A DNA stretch of 63,017 bases, filler included, from Octopus bimaculoides (taxonomy: Eukaryota): the NCBI RefSeq assembly GCF_001194135.2. It is 4 parts of 3 records of this genome, joined end to end, with 100 filler letters (N's around TTAATTAATTAA, not from the genome) between each part and the next. Parts side by side here need not be neighbours in the genome. Positions count along the whole stretch, not along the records: positions 40,337 to 57,654 come from NC_068981.1; positions 57,755 to 63,017 come from NC_068983.1; 2 more parts are not named here. One strand, 5' to 3'. Position numbers and translations under genes: made by a program. A model generated the notes under the pieces. The model was not told the origin of the DNA and ran no database searches. It worked only from the letters and a program-made list of their open reading frames with translations. How positions within the stretch are numbered: position 1 is the stretch's first letter; each line of letters starts with the position of its first letter. Below, piece after piece: positions 50,770-63,017 of the stretch.

Positions 50770-51684
50770 AAAAAGAAATGGAATGGTGAAACTGTTCCGT
50801 GATGCAGCATGGAATTTTGTCAGTGAACAGGTCATGGTCTCAAAGCGACAAAAATATTTTGGCAAATTAAATTCAAATGTTGATGTGAATCTAATGGTTT
50901 TTGTGTGTTTTTAAATGGCTTATAAACACCTTCCATACTGCAATTGTTTTTGTTTCAGCACACGATCTCAAATCAGGTCACTTGTTATACAAAAACATCT
51001 CCGTAACTGTTTTTTTGTTTTCTGAAAAAGCAACGTTTTGGACTTAGACACTTTTCCATAATAGCAACTATATATNNNNNNNNNNNNNNNNNNNNNNNNN
51101 NNNNNNNNNNNNNNNNNNNNNNNNNNNNNNNNNNNNNNNNNNNNNNNTATATATATATTAATTCCTTTTTGGTTTTTAATTGCTAGTGAATCACTCGTAC
51201 TATAATGTGTTTAATATATCTTAATATATTAATATATTATTGTAGTATCTTCTTGTATTGATAACATACACTCTAACCGTTTGAATTTGGTGCTGCTTAT
51301 CAACAGTTTCCTTTTCTCATTTACTATTATGAAGCAAACTATCTCTTTAGCCCCGAATAGTTGGCAGATGCTTCTGAAGAGAAACAAGACCTTATTGATT
51401 AAATTTTGAAATCATGTGATAAATCCTTGTCCAGCTATTTCTTTTTGTGAGTCTATCTCACAAGGGAAAGATCATTTTAGTTTGCTGTGCTTCCCATAAA
51501 TGTAATGAGGTTAGTATTATTTGTGGCTTTCAGAGTTAATTTCTAGCAATCGCTGGTGCTATTTTGCACCCTTTATTTATTAATTCCTTTTTAGTTTTTA
51601 ATTGCTAGCAAGTCACTCATACTATAATGTGTTTAATATATCTTAATATATTAATATATCATTGTAGTATCTTCTTGTATTGAT
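50770..51684 (+). mobile_element. Partial-tandem repeat (106-bp direct repeats, 422-bp period) with a hammerhead-like core; Penelope- or retrozyme-like
   Basis: 51157-51262 matches 51579-51684; CTGAAGA at 51374, GAAA at 51408, near-palindrome ATCATGTGAT at 51411-51420. Confidence 0.55.
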
Positions 51685-52208
51685 TTTATATATATATGTA
51701 TTAGTAATATTCGTAGCCACTTTAACATGGCTGTCCATTCGAGTGGACTCTACTGCAGTTTTTTAACCTCAAGAAGACATCTCCTCTAGCTGGTTAATGA
51801 TGTACAGCTGCATCCGATAAAATTGTGAACAAGGGAGCGAACCCTTACCATCTCCTAGCGACGGGACCAGTAGACCAGTGGTGGTTTCAGGCTATCTCTG
51901 CCACTCCTCAGTACTGGATACTTCGTCTGCTAGAGATGATAGCAGTTCACTTCTGCACACAATATATATATTTCAAGTGGACACACAGTCACTGATTTGC
52001 AACAAGCAAAAATGCTAGTTCTAAAATCTCACTAAGAGATCAATGCAGTAGTTGTACTGACAAGTAATATTCGTAGTCACTGCTTCGATCAATCCATAGG
52101 GATATCTGAAGAAGGAATATTTATATTCTGAAATATTATATCAGACTATGGATGATTAAATTACACCAGTAATTATAGTGCACTATTGTGCCATTCAAAA
52201 CACATTAT

Positions 52209-52250
<42 letters not shown>

Positions 52251-52488
52251 NNNNNNNNNNNNNNNNNNNNNNNNNNNNNNNNNNNNNNNNNNNNNNNNNN
52301 NNNNNNNNNNNNNNNNNNNNNNNNNNNNNNNNNNNNNNNNNNNNNNNNNNNNNNNNNNNNNNNNNNNNNNNNNNNNNNNNNNNNNNNNNNNNNNNNNNNN
52401 NNNNNNNNNNNNNNNNNNNNNNNNNNNNNNNNNNNNNNNNNNNNNNNNNNNNNNNNNNNNNNNNNNNNNNNNNNNNNNNNNNNNNNNN

Positions 52489-52529
<41 letters not shown>

Positions 52530-53603
52530 GTATGCATATATGTGTACAGGTGTGTGTGTATGGAGAGAGAGAGGAGTGTGAGAGAGCTGGAGTACAGAGT
52601 AAATCTCTAAACAAACAGGCAAACAGATCCTTATAACAACAACAACACACACACACACGCACACACACGCGCGCGCGCGCGCGCACACACACACACACAC
52701 ATACACACACACTAATAGAACAGTGTTTGACCTTTTATTTTAAAACAATACTGTCATACTGTGCTGATTTTAGACACAATGTCAGAACAAATAACGAAAA
52801 GATAAAAATAAAACTGCAATACCAAGCCTATCTATTGACTACGAGGAAAACTAAATGACTGTATTGCATGCTAATATACAAAATGGTTATGATATATCTG
52901 AACAATGTAAGACGTGTTTGTTGGACAGAATAAAGAAAACAGTTTAGGCTTGTGTTTCTTAAGTTCTTATAATGAATCAATAGAAAGTACTGAACTATTT
53001 ATGTCAAGATTAAGTCGATGGTAACAGCAAAATGTTCAAGTGGATAATGTATTAGATTAGATGGAACATCAGATTATAGGTCATATGTAGATATCTCCTG
53101 TATTATGTCTCTGAGTAAGTTACTTAATGGCTGTCAGAAATATGTTCTAGATGTTTTAAGGGTTTAATTTTCTTGCAAGCAGGACATCATCACAAACAGG
53201 AATATTATATATAAAAGAAACATGTCTGAGAAATAACTTGACTTCAGCATAGACATATATATATATACAAGCCCTAACAAGAGACTGTAATTTCAGTGTA
53301 AATGTTCAAACAAAGGTTTTTATACACAGAGTATGCTAGGTGTGTGAAACACACCCAAATACATATGTGTATATGTTAAGCAAATGCACAAACATACAAA
53401 TAAGGATTTAATGAACTGAATTTTTTTGTAGGTGAAAACATGGCTGTGTGGTTAAGAAAGCTCCATTAAATTTTATTAAATATATATGTATGTATGTGAT
53501 ACATATATTGTACAAAAGAAAGAAAAAAAGGTGCAAGAAAGAAAAGAAAGAGAAAAACATTAATGCAGCAACAAGTGCTTCAATTGGTTGCACACCATAA
53601 GGT

Positions 53604-53862
53604 TCAATGGAACCTCCTGAAGCAAGCCAGCATGCTCGTGGTATTACCATGGGTGATGGTGAGGCTAAGGCATTGGAGAAACCAAACACCCTCATGGACA
53701 TCACCTGACACCTTGGTGAAGCAAGCTGCAAATGATGACAAGAACTTCGCTGTTAGTGGCCCAATTCCTCCAAATGTCTCTAACGCCACAGGTTGGAAGG
53801 GAAAATTCATTGTCAGGTTCTGATACTTCAGGGTTTTGTTCCATTCGGCTAAGTGGGTTAAG
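53604..53862 (-). mobile_element. CRE-clade non-LTR retrotransposon RLE C-terminus
   Basis: LAEWNKTLKYQNLTMNFPFQPVALETFGGIGPLTAKFL..TKVSGDVHEGVWFLQCLSLTITHGNTTSML matches AExxKxxKY..F.PVA.ET.G..GP..LS..IQRGN. Confidence 0.75.
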
Positions 53863-54059
53863 AAATGAAACCCAAACCCCATTTTGCTACCAAGTAGTTT
53901 CAGTTTCAGTCCAACTGTAGAGCAAGTTGGAAGTGGGTGGGCAAATGTAATGTTTTCTACTATATCCCCATGCTGACCAATGCCTTGAGAGTGAATTTGG
54001 TAAATGGAAACTGTGTGGCTGTATGGTAAGTAACCATACACATGGTTGGACAAACGTCT

Positions 54060-54440
54060 TCTACATCACCTTGGGCCAACCAAAGCCTTATGAGGCATTA
54101 ACTTGGGCAAGTTAATATAACAGATAGCAAGGCTATCTATTATAGCCTTGGGCTGACCAAAGCCTTGTGAGTGGATTTGGTTGATGGAAACTGAAAGAAG
54201 CGTGTCACATACATATATGTATATATCTAGATGTGTATGTCTTTGTGCCTGTGTTTGTCTCCCCATCACTGCTTGACAATCAGTGTCTCCATAGCTTATC
54301 AGTTTGGCAAAAGAGACTGATAGAATAAGTACTGGGCTTAAAAAAAGAGTCTTGGGGTTGATTTGTTCAACTAAAAAAAACCTTCTATGGCGGTGCTCCA
54401 GCATGACTGCAGTCTAATGACAGGAAACAATTAAAACAGT
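54060..54440 (+). mobile_element. SINE family A, decayed, with a partial duplication
   Basis: accaaagcctt twice; tail ccagcatgactgcagtc. Confidence 0.75.
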
Positions 54441-54645
54441 AAGGCAGCAAGCTGGCAGAAATGTTAGTACGCCGGATGAAATGCTTAGCAGTATTTCGTC
54501 TGTCTTTACGTTCAAATTCCCCCGAGGTCGACTTTGCCTTTCCTCCTTTCGGGGTTGATAAATTAAGTAAATTGTGTACTGGGGTCGATCTAATTAACTG
54601 GCCCCCTTCCCCAAAATTTTGGGCCTTGTGCCTAGAGTAGAAAAA
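54441..54645 (+). mobile_element. SINE family B, near full length
   Basis: ggcagcaagctggcagaaatgttag..gttcaaattcc..gaggtcgactttgcctttcctcctttcggggttgataaattaagta. Confidence 0.85.
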
Positions 54646-54669
54646 GAAACAAGTAATACATATATATGT

Positions 54670-54890
54670 ATATTTTATCTTTTACCTTTTACTTGTTTCA
54701 GTCATAAGACTGCAGCTATGCCGGGGCACTGCCTTTGAGAATCTTTAAGTTGAATGAACTGACCCCAGTACTTATTTTTTGTTAAGCCTTATTCTATTGC
54801 TAAACAGCAAAAATAAGGGGATGTAACCACACTGACACCAGTTGTCAAGCAGTGGTGGAGACAACCACAGACACAGACAGATAGACAGAC
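54670..54890 (-). mobile_element. SINE family A tail
   Basis: ttttacttgtttcagtc...gttgtcaagc. Confidence 0.75.
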
Positions 54891-55063
54891 ACACACACAC
54901 ACACTCACACACATACACACATGCACACACACACGTATATGTATATGTGTATGTATACACACACACATAACAAAAGTAAATAGACACCCTTATAATCATT
55001 AAAATTTATTTAAATCTGAAATTATACATTCAAATTATTTATTAATTGTTATAATATGAATAT

Positions 55064-55860
55064 TTAATATTTAGTAGACATGCTCTTTGCATTATTCAAT
55101 GCAAGGACCCTATTAGGCATGTTACTGATCAGATTTTGCAGATTTCTTGCAAAGTACAGATCAGATTTCTTGCCACGTTCCATGCAGTTATCCCCAAAGA
55201 TCTGGCTTTGAAGATGTTTTCTTGTTCTTTTTATGAAGTGTCCTGTCCATTATGTCCCAGAGGTCTTCAATAGGGTTCAATGCCATTCACATCCAACAAA
55301 TCTTGGGTCATTTAGCTATGTAACAAGGAACCCCCATCTTCCATAAATAAAGAGTTTTCTTTAATCATTTCACCACTGGAGAAGATTGGAAGGACACATA
55401 TTTATCTGAGTTTATGTTTCCCTCACACTCCACCAGCTCTGATCAACCATTGCTCCAAATTGCTCTTCAGATGACCATTGCAGAGTAGCTGCCATGTTTC
55501 AATGTTCGCTGCAATCTTTCCACATCAAATTCTTGATCACTAAGTCTCCAGACCCACACTTGACCACTGTCAGGAAATACAGCAAATCTGGACTCATCAG
55601 AGAATAAACATGACAGTGTCCCAAAATGCTAGTAGCCTCTCCACCATCTCACTGGCCCAATCTTTTCTCTGTTTGTTGTTGGCTGGTCGAAGAAGTGACT
55701 TCCTTCTTGCTGCTCTGCCATAGTAACCAAGTTTGTGGAGATACCTGACAGCTGTTCTGGCACTGACATCAATTTGTTCTGCTATGTCAGAGGCCTTGCA
55801 ACGAGGATTATCTGCCACACTTCTCTTAAAAACGAAAAGGGTCCAGTCAGAGGGTCCTGA
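55064..55860 (-). mobile_element. Tc1-like transposase relic
   Basis: HTH DVSARTAVRYLHKLGYYGRAARRK, SDESRF, FMEDGVPCY and LNPIEDLWDIM; deletion between the second D and the E; many stops. Confidence 0.8.
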
Positions 55861-55994
55861 TTGATCTGGGTGAGGTGATGTGCTTTCCTTCCCCTCCCTG
55901 GTGAATTGCACAATCACTATTAACTGTAGAAAGACATGTGTACATGCATACACATAATATACACACATATATGTGCACACACACACATATATGT

Positions 55995-56034
<40 letters not shown>

Positions 56035-56446
56035 GTGCTCACGCACACATGTATGAATGTATTATGTATGTATCGATTTGGTTATTTAGTTATATGTAAG
56101 TCTCATTTCTTCTTAATCATAAATGGGGGGTGGATGAATGTTTAATTACAGAAAACAAAATATCCTAGTTTCAGTAATTTGTAAAGATAATTAATTATAT
56201 CCCCTAATGAAATCTATTTTAATCTTATATCCAGTTTTATTAGAGAGAGGAAATGGATTTACCAAGGGATTAGAGATGAGTACTACGTATGTATATACAT
56301 ATGTGTGTGTATATGTGGATATGTATGTGCATGGTCTCTGTGCATGTGTGTCTGTGAATATGTATATACATAAGCGTAACACACACATGTATGTGTTTAT
56401 TGTGAGCCAGTGTATGTATAAGTGTGTGTGTGTGTGTGTATGTGTG

Positions 56447-56482
<36 letters not shown>

Positions 56483-56689
56483 GATACATATATATACATA
56501 CATATAAATTTGTGGGTGTCTGCATATGTGTTTACATACGCAAATAAAGACTCACTTATACATGTATGTTAGAGACATCTGTTAAAACTGAATTTGAGAA
56601 ATGACAACATGCATATAGATAATCTTTGAAAGTCCTTTGAATAAGATCAATGCAACTAAAGTGTGAGTATATAACTATATTCACGGATT

Positions 56690-56978
56690 TTCAAGCGAGA
56701 TCGTTGCCAGTACCCCTGGACTGGCTCTTGTGCGGGTGGCACATAAAATACACCATTCTGAGTGTGGCCGTTGCCAGTACCGCCTGACTGGCTTTTGTCC
56801 GGGTGACACTTAAAGCACCCACTACACTCTCTGAGTGGTTGGCGTTAGGAAGGGCATCCAGCTGTAGAAACTCTGCCAAATCAGATTGGAGCCTGGTGTT
56901 GCCATCCGGTTTCACCAGTCCTCAGTCAAATCGTCCAACCCATGCTAGCATGGAAAGCAGACGTTAAACGATGATGAT
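56690..56978 (+). mobile_element. (GAT)n-tailed retroposon with 2 repeat units
   Basis: Close match to 8061-8349. Confidence 0.85.
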
Positions 56979-56980
56979 GT

Positions 56981-57018
<38 letters not shown>

Positions 57019-57208
57019 ATGTATATTTAAGGTATAGATATGATATTTCAGAGGAAACAACAATAACTTATTTTTGTGGTTGAGAACAAACCACACTACT
57101 TTGCATTTGGGTGGGGCTAATTGATTTCCAGCCTCCCCCAAAATTTCATTTGACTGGTACTTATTTCATTAGCTCTAAAAGATTGAAAGGGAAAGTCGAC
57201 CTCAACAA

Positions 57209-57241
<33 letters not shown>

Positions 57242-57247
57242 AATAAT

Positions 57248-57654
57248 AAGTACTATAGACGAGTTAGATCAATACTAAAAACAGAGCTCAATGCTAAAAA
57301 CAAGATAATGGGTATCAACACTTTAGCTGTCCCTGTTATAAGCTACAGCTACAACATCCTTAACTGGACACTAAACGAACTATGTAAAATAGACAGGAAA
57401 ACAAGAAAAATAATGACAGGATATAGGATGCACCACCCAAAATCTGACATAGAAAGGCTATATATACAACACACAGAAGGTGGCAGGGGTCTTATACAGC
57501 TAGAAAACTATTATAAAATAACCACCATAGGACTGCAAAAATACCTACTCCAGAAGCAAGGGAAACTAATACAAATATCCACAAAACACGAGCAAAACAA
57601 AAAACTGTTTTCAGTATTTAAGGAAGCTGACAAATACAAACAAGAAATCAATCT
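57248..57654 (+). mobile_element. R4/Dong-clade RT-thumb fragment starting in (TAA)n; frame open
   Basis: KYYRRVRSILKTELNAKNKIMGINTLAVPVISYS..DRKTRK..HHPKSDIERLY..GGRGL. Confidence 0.9.
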
Positions 57655-57754
57655 NNNNNNNNNNNNNNNNNNNNNNNNNNNNNNNNNNNNNNNNNNNNTT
57701 AATTAATTAANNNNNNNNNNNNNNNNNNNNNNNNNNNNNNNNNNNNNNNNNNNN
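57655..57754. other. Artificial scaffold-join marker
   Basis: 44 N + TTAATTAATTAA (57699-57710) + 44 N. Confidence 0.95.
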
Positions 57755-57859
57755 AAACTACTGAACAATAATAATAATAATAAAAGCATACCCAAGGCAC
57801 ACAGAGCTGCGCTCGGTAGTGAAGTGAAAGCACGTTATAAAAATAAAACTACTGAATAA

Positions 57860-57952
<93 letters not shown>

Positions 57953-57972
57953 TGATGATGATGATGATGATA
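57755..57972 (+). mobile_element. Two stacked R4/Dong 3' termini within (TAA)n
   Basis: aaactactgaac at 57755, (AAT)n, a short 3' UTR copy at 57785-57855, then long (AAT)n/(GAT)n. Confidence 0.8.
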
Positions 57973-60339
57973 AGGGCACTATCTCTAATGGCCTGTTGTG
58001 TTAACTGACTAGTGAATTCTTAAAGAAATGAAACATCCTTCTATGCCTTCGTTTAAAGGAAACAGTTGTCTTTGTGATAAAGCTAACAGAGGTTAATGGT
58101 GGAGATCTCATGTTTGAGATCTTTATTTAAGGAAGGTTATTAGGTTTTGCCATCACAAATGAAATTAAAAATATAATAAAATGTTCTTAGTTATCCTCTG
58201 CTGAGATTGTATTTTTACGCAACTATCAAGCTGTGATTGTTCATTTGCGTAGGTATTACCTATTGTTAGAGAAACGTGATTGAAAATGTCAGCTAATGAA
58301 ACAATCAAGTGCATTCAATAAACAAATATCTATTGTTTATGAAATATGCCGTTATATGTATGCATCGTGATAGAAAAGAAGTCAAAGGTGTAAATAGATG
58401 CACAATGCGATCTCTACATAAGTTAGCAAGATGACTAACGAAACATGTTTGTGAAATTAATTTCCAATACTATAATGACATGTGTGATTATCAAGTGAAA
58501 TGTTTGTAAAAAGCAGAGGCAATAACAATGTAAATTCTCTAACCAAATTGCAGATGTTTCCCTAACGTTTTATGAATTCTTTTGATAGAAAAAGCAAAAT
58601 TTGGGCACTGAAGCTTCGAATGAATTACAGACGTTTAGAATCATAGTCGCTTAGAATTATAGACACTTAGAATTACAGACGTTTAGAAATCAGGAACATA
58701 TTACAGATAACATTTTCATATCAGAGGATAGCTGTCGCATAACTTGTTATAGATTGATCATAGTGAATACTTCCAATCCAAGAAATGAGTGTTAGTGTGA
58801 AATACATTTCTAGGCATGGATTGTGCTCTCGATAGACGAGTAAATCAAAGGATATAAATTCGTAGTTCTGGATTTCGGTATTTCATACTAATTTGGCGAC
58901 AAATATATTGCAAATGTAATGGGAATATAAACAATGAAAGAAAGAAAATATAATAAACAGAAATAAAACAAAACTGAAACACTGATCGTTGAAGACGTTG
59001 GTCCCTAAATTTAATTCAGCATGTGTAGAATTAAGAATAGTCAAGGCAAAATCAACAAAATGGCATATTTAATATGTACAAAAACCATTGGAAAACTTAA
59101 GAGAGAATATTTTGTCAATCTCAACAGGATTATAATTAAATATGTGGAAGATAAAATGACACATAATTTGAAAAGTAGATCTTTTATAATTCATAATCTA
59201 CAGTAATTAGAACTGAAATATTATGACAGATATGGGTAACCAGCATATTCTCCAGAGAAAGCTACAAAGACAAACGCGGGGGCAGATAACGCAAATAATA
59301 GATAAAATAACAGAAAAAAAGTTAAATTGGGGAATTCCCTCTCGTATCTAGCATATAACAACAACTTATAAATGCTCGAAATAAGGAAAAAAGTTATGAT
59401 TTTCTATACAAAACATATTACTATATCACTATCACTAATCGCAACAGTTACACGTAGGAGATAATTAAGACGTTAATGAAAATAGAGCATTTCCCTCTGG
59501 AAATGCAGTACAGCATTTTGATGGAGTCACAAGCGGATCTCGACCAATACCATACTTGCAGTGGACATATTTCTACTTTTGCTGCAAATTGTATTTTTTT
59601 ATTATCTATAACTGACAGACGAAAGAAATAACGATTATATAAGCAAGAAAATTGCTGCTTTCGAAGAATATTCTCAGCGTGCAATTTCACTAATAATAAT
59701 ATAATTGCTTCACACACCAAGTAAAATATTATGACGACGCTCTTATATCTTCATGAATATAATAAAAAAACGAAGCTTCTCATGTTACATAAACTTTAGA
59801 GCTCATAGTCTTTGATCTTTGCAGAAATATCTTTCGAAAATAATGTCCACGCCCTGTAGCGAGAATATAACTGAATCAGCCGATAACATGTGATGAATTT
59901 CATGTGTAACTTCCACTGGTGTTGTAGACTTCATGTACCTTCTATAGTTCAAGAATGTTCAAATATCCATTAAATGATATGATTCTTACTATAATTCTTC
60001 ATCTTCAATTGCAGCAATTATTAGAAAAGAAAAACAAAGAACCCGCTGCTGCCCTGAGCAATGTAACTGTTCCTTGAACTGATATCGCTGTTTGTAAGTA
60101 TATATAGTGCGCACCCATCATATATCCTAAAATCTTTCCTTACGGCATCAGTGTTCTCTCAGTTCACATACGTTTTGCAATAAACCTTCAAGCTATACGT
60201 TTTATTTCAAGTCTGTTGAATAGGCTAGGAAATTTTTTTAGTGTGTGTTTCGTTATGATTTCTAAATTTTCGTGTCAATGAAATAATTTTGTTTTCGTAC
60301 AAGTTAGCATGTACTCAACGCTAGATCACTTCTTAATAC

Positions 60340-60830
60340 TCACTACAAATTTTGGCAAATGGCCAGCTGTTTTGAAGTGGGGTTTAATCGATTACATCGA
60401 TACCAGTGATTTACCTCAAAAAGAAAAAAAGGCAAAGTGGACCTCGGCATAATTTGAACTCAATGCCACTACGCAAATTTTGCCGGGCGTCCTAATGATT
60501 CTACCAGTTCAACATCTTAGGTCATGTGCTAATGTTGCAAACACTAATAAGAGGGCAGACTGACATAATCATTAGAACGCTGGGCAAAATGCTTAGCGGT
60601 GTTTCGTCCGTCAAATTTAGCCGAAATCAACTGTCTCTTTCATCAATTTCCGGGCAATTGAATAAGGTCCAGTCCCCTCCCAGAAATTGCTGGCATTTAG
60701 CCAAAATTTGAAAATTCGGCAAGCTGGGAGAATAATTAGCACACCAGGCGAATATCTTACCAGCATTTCGTGCATCTGCACATTTTGAGTTAAAATTCTG
60801 TCGAAATTGAATTTGCGTTTCAACTTTTTA
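60340..60830. mobile_element. Cluster of three decayed SINE family B fragments
   Basis: Minus-strand copy 60340-60520; plus-strand copies 60550-60710 and 60715-60830. Confidence 0.65.
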
Positions 60831-61344
60831 ATGGTCTAAAAAACAAGCTGAGGACTAAAAGTGATGTTACAAAACAAGATGACTGGGAAATGTTATTTAC
60901 ATCAACTAAGCACAGCCACAGACAACAATCATGTCACCAAATACTAGGTTATTGCCACTGACAATGAGAAATTGATGTTTTTAGCAAGGCTTCAGTGAAC
61001 AGTATATTTACGTATGTGAAACTTGCAATATATTTCTAAGCTACGACTCTGACAAGCTAACATATTATGCCTTTTCAGAAGTAGGTCTGTTCTATGTATA
61101 ATGCATTTAAGTCTCTAGTGTCTAGTTATTTGTTCCACCTCTTCATTTTGCATACACTTTGAGCAACTCCTGTGCAGGAAATTGTCAAGTCATATGCACA
61201 GAATTTAGAGCTATCGAAGTTATTTCGTATTGGTTACCCCTTATCAGACACGGAGTCATGAAAGTGTGTTACACTTCGCATATTTCTATACCAACGCCAC
61301 TTTTGACACACGCAGNNNNNNNNNNCTTTTGACACACGCAGCTT

Positions 61345-61386
61345 TTATAGTAGTAGCAGCAGCAGTAGTAGTAGTAGTAGTAGTAA

Positions 61387-61443
<57 letters not shown>

Positions 61444-61600
61444 CAGGAGGAGGAGGAGGTGGAGGATGAGGAGGAGGAGGAAAATGAAAATGAAGGACGA
61501 AAAGCTCGAAAGAAGATGTGTTGATGACAGCAATGATGTTTGCGACGACAACGGCGATGATGATGATGATGATGATGATGGTGATGATGATACCGGTGGT
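61345..61600. repeat. (TAG)n/(GAG)n/(GAT)n microsatellite block
   Basis: Directly visible. Confidence 0.9.
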
Positions 61601-62099
61601 GATGGTTATCAATGCGTTTATTTCACCAATGTTCGTGAAATTAATTATGAAGCAAAATATTTTAGATGTTTCAGGAAACGTGACTTCTAAAAAGAATAAA
61701 TATAATAATTTGAAGAAGTAAAAGTTTATGTCAATGAATCTGAGATATTCATTAATGCATTTTTGGAATGTACGAACAAATATCTTGGTCTGAGGTAATT
61801 ATCTAAGATAGCCATAGACATGCATCGTTCTGAATTGTAATGGTTTCTTCTATTCTAAATATATTTATCGTTTGAAGACTGGGAAAAAATGTCGTTGAAT
61901 CATGTAACTACATAAAATATCAAACATGAATCACAGCACTTAGCAATAAAAATACGTTCCTACATGCNNNNNNNNNNNNNNNNNNNNNNNNNNNNNNNNN
62001 NNNNNNNNNNNNNNNNNNNNNNNNNNNNNNNNNNNNNNNNNNNNNNNNNNNNNNNNNNNNNNNNNNNCACACACACACACGCATATATATATATATATG

Positions 62100-62410
62100 A
62101 AATCAAAATAATGAAAGAGTATCAAGTAGTGATGCACTACGACCGTCTCAAGCGGCTCCATTTAATTGAAAAATGCTATCATTACATCAATTTAAATGCA
62201 GTGCCATCATCGTCTGCACAGATAAATAAATGGAATTGTAACCAGTTTGACACATTAATATATTTTTTTCTCAAATACTTTAACAGAAGAAGAAGATGGA
62301 AGAAACTATGTTGTCACCGTTGTAGCTAAGAATCGACAACATTTCCAAGAATCGTATGAAGCCCTTTGGGGTCATAGCCTGTAGAGGATTGTAATTCACT
62401 TTTAATTCAT
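62100..62410. mobile_element. Diverged copy of the 39602-40050 long-TIR element
   Basis: aatcaaaataa..gtgatgcactacgaccgtctcaagcggctcc; its 3' part matches the reverse complement of about 39800-39920. Confidence 0.75.
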
Positions 62411-63017
62411 TTATCTCTTTATCAACTGAATCTCACGCTAGAAGACTATGTCTGTTTTGAATAAAGGACAAGAATGAGTTAACAGCTCATGTCTAGACAT
62501 TGTCATAACTATTGTCATATGTATGGCTATTCGTCAGGAAATATGACATTAGGAGTAGTCAACTGGATATAAAGTAACAGTCTATAAAAAGATACTGGAT
62601 AAGGGAAGACTTTAAATCTTGATGCTAATTATCAGTTAAAGGGGCAATACGCTACATTACTAAAACAGGTAAAGTGTGTGTGCTTATCAGTTATAAACAT
62701 TAAAAAGGAAAGATAACATAGAATCAGTTTAATACATATCCATGTACTTAATTACGTAGTATGCGGTTTCTATAAAGACTGCTGAGGGCATTTACTTTTG
62801 GAATACTGGAAAGATAAACATGCTATCTATATATCAATGTTAAGCCTTGTATCAGAAAATAAAATAAAATAAGGATGTGTAGAGATATACAGATATATTT
62901 ATATATGAGCAGAGATGCACACACGCACACATATATATATATACACATACACAGACATATATATTTACACATACACGCACATATATACACGTTTACACAC
63001 ACACACACACACACACA

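Noticed and set aside
58622-58690. 16-bp tandem repeat x4 (gaattacagacgttta)
   Set aside because: Ordinary short minisatellite with no other support
59448-59930. Short minus-strand ORFs with receptor-like composition
   Set aside because: Multiple stops and no diagnostic motif

Overview
Repeat-saturated animal genomic DNA with many N gaps. The repeat families look like Octopus, but the species is not provable from the sequence. No prokaryotic features and no complete protein gene. Contents: many tRNA-derived SINEs, decayed LINE pieces (R4/Dong-, RTE-, CRE- and CR1/L2/Jockey-like), DNA-transposon relics (two maT/DD37D mariners, Tc1, MULE) and hAT- and piggyBac-like MITEs with visible TSDs. There is also a full-length CpG-decayed U6 snRNA copy and three or four short phase-compatible minus-strand exon candidates. 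Most interesting: (1) a set of minimal type-I hammerhead-ribozyme motifs with palindromic stem III (the dimer-type design known from Penelope-like elements); one looks intact and has a perfect 18-nt antisense copy just upstream; (2) CpG-poor and CpG-rich blocks alternate exactly at three artificial 44N-TTAATTAATTAA-44N join markers. All calls are by eye; repeat boundaries are approximate unless TSDs are quoted.
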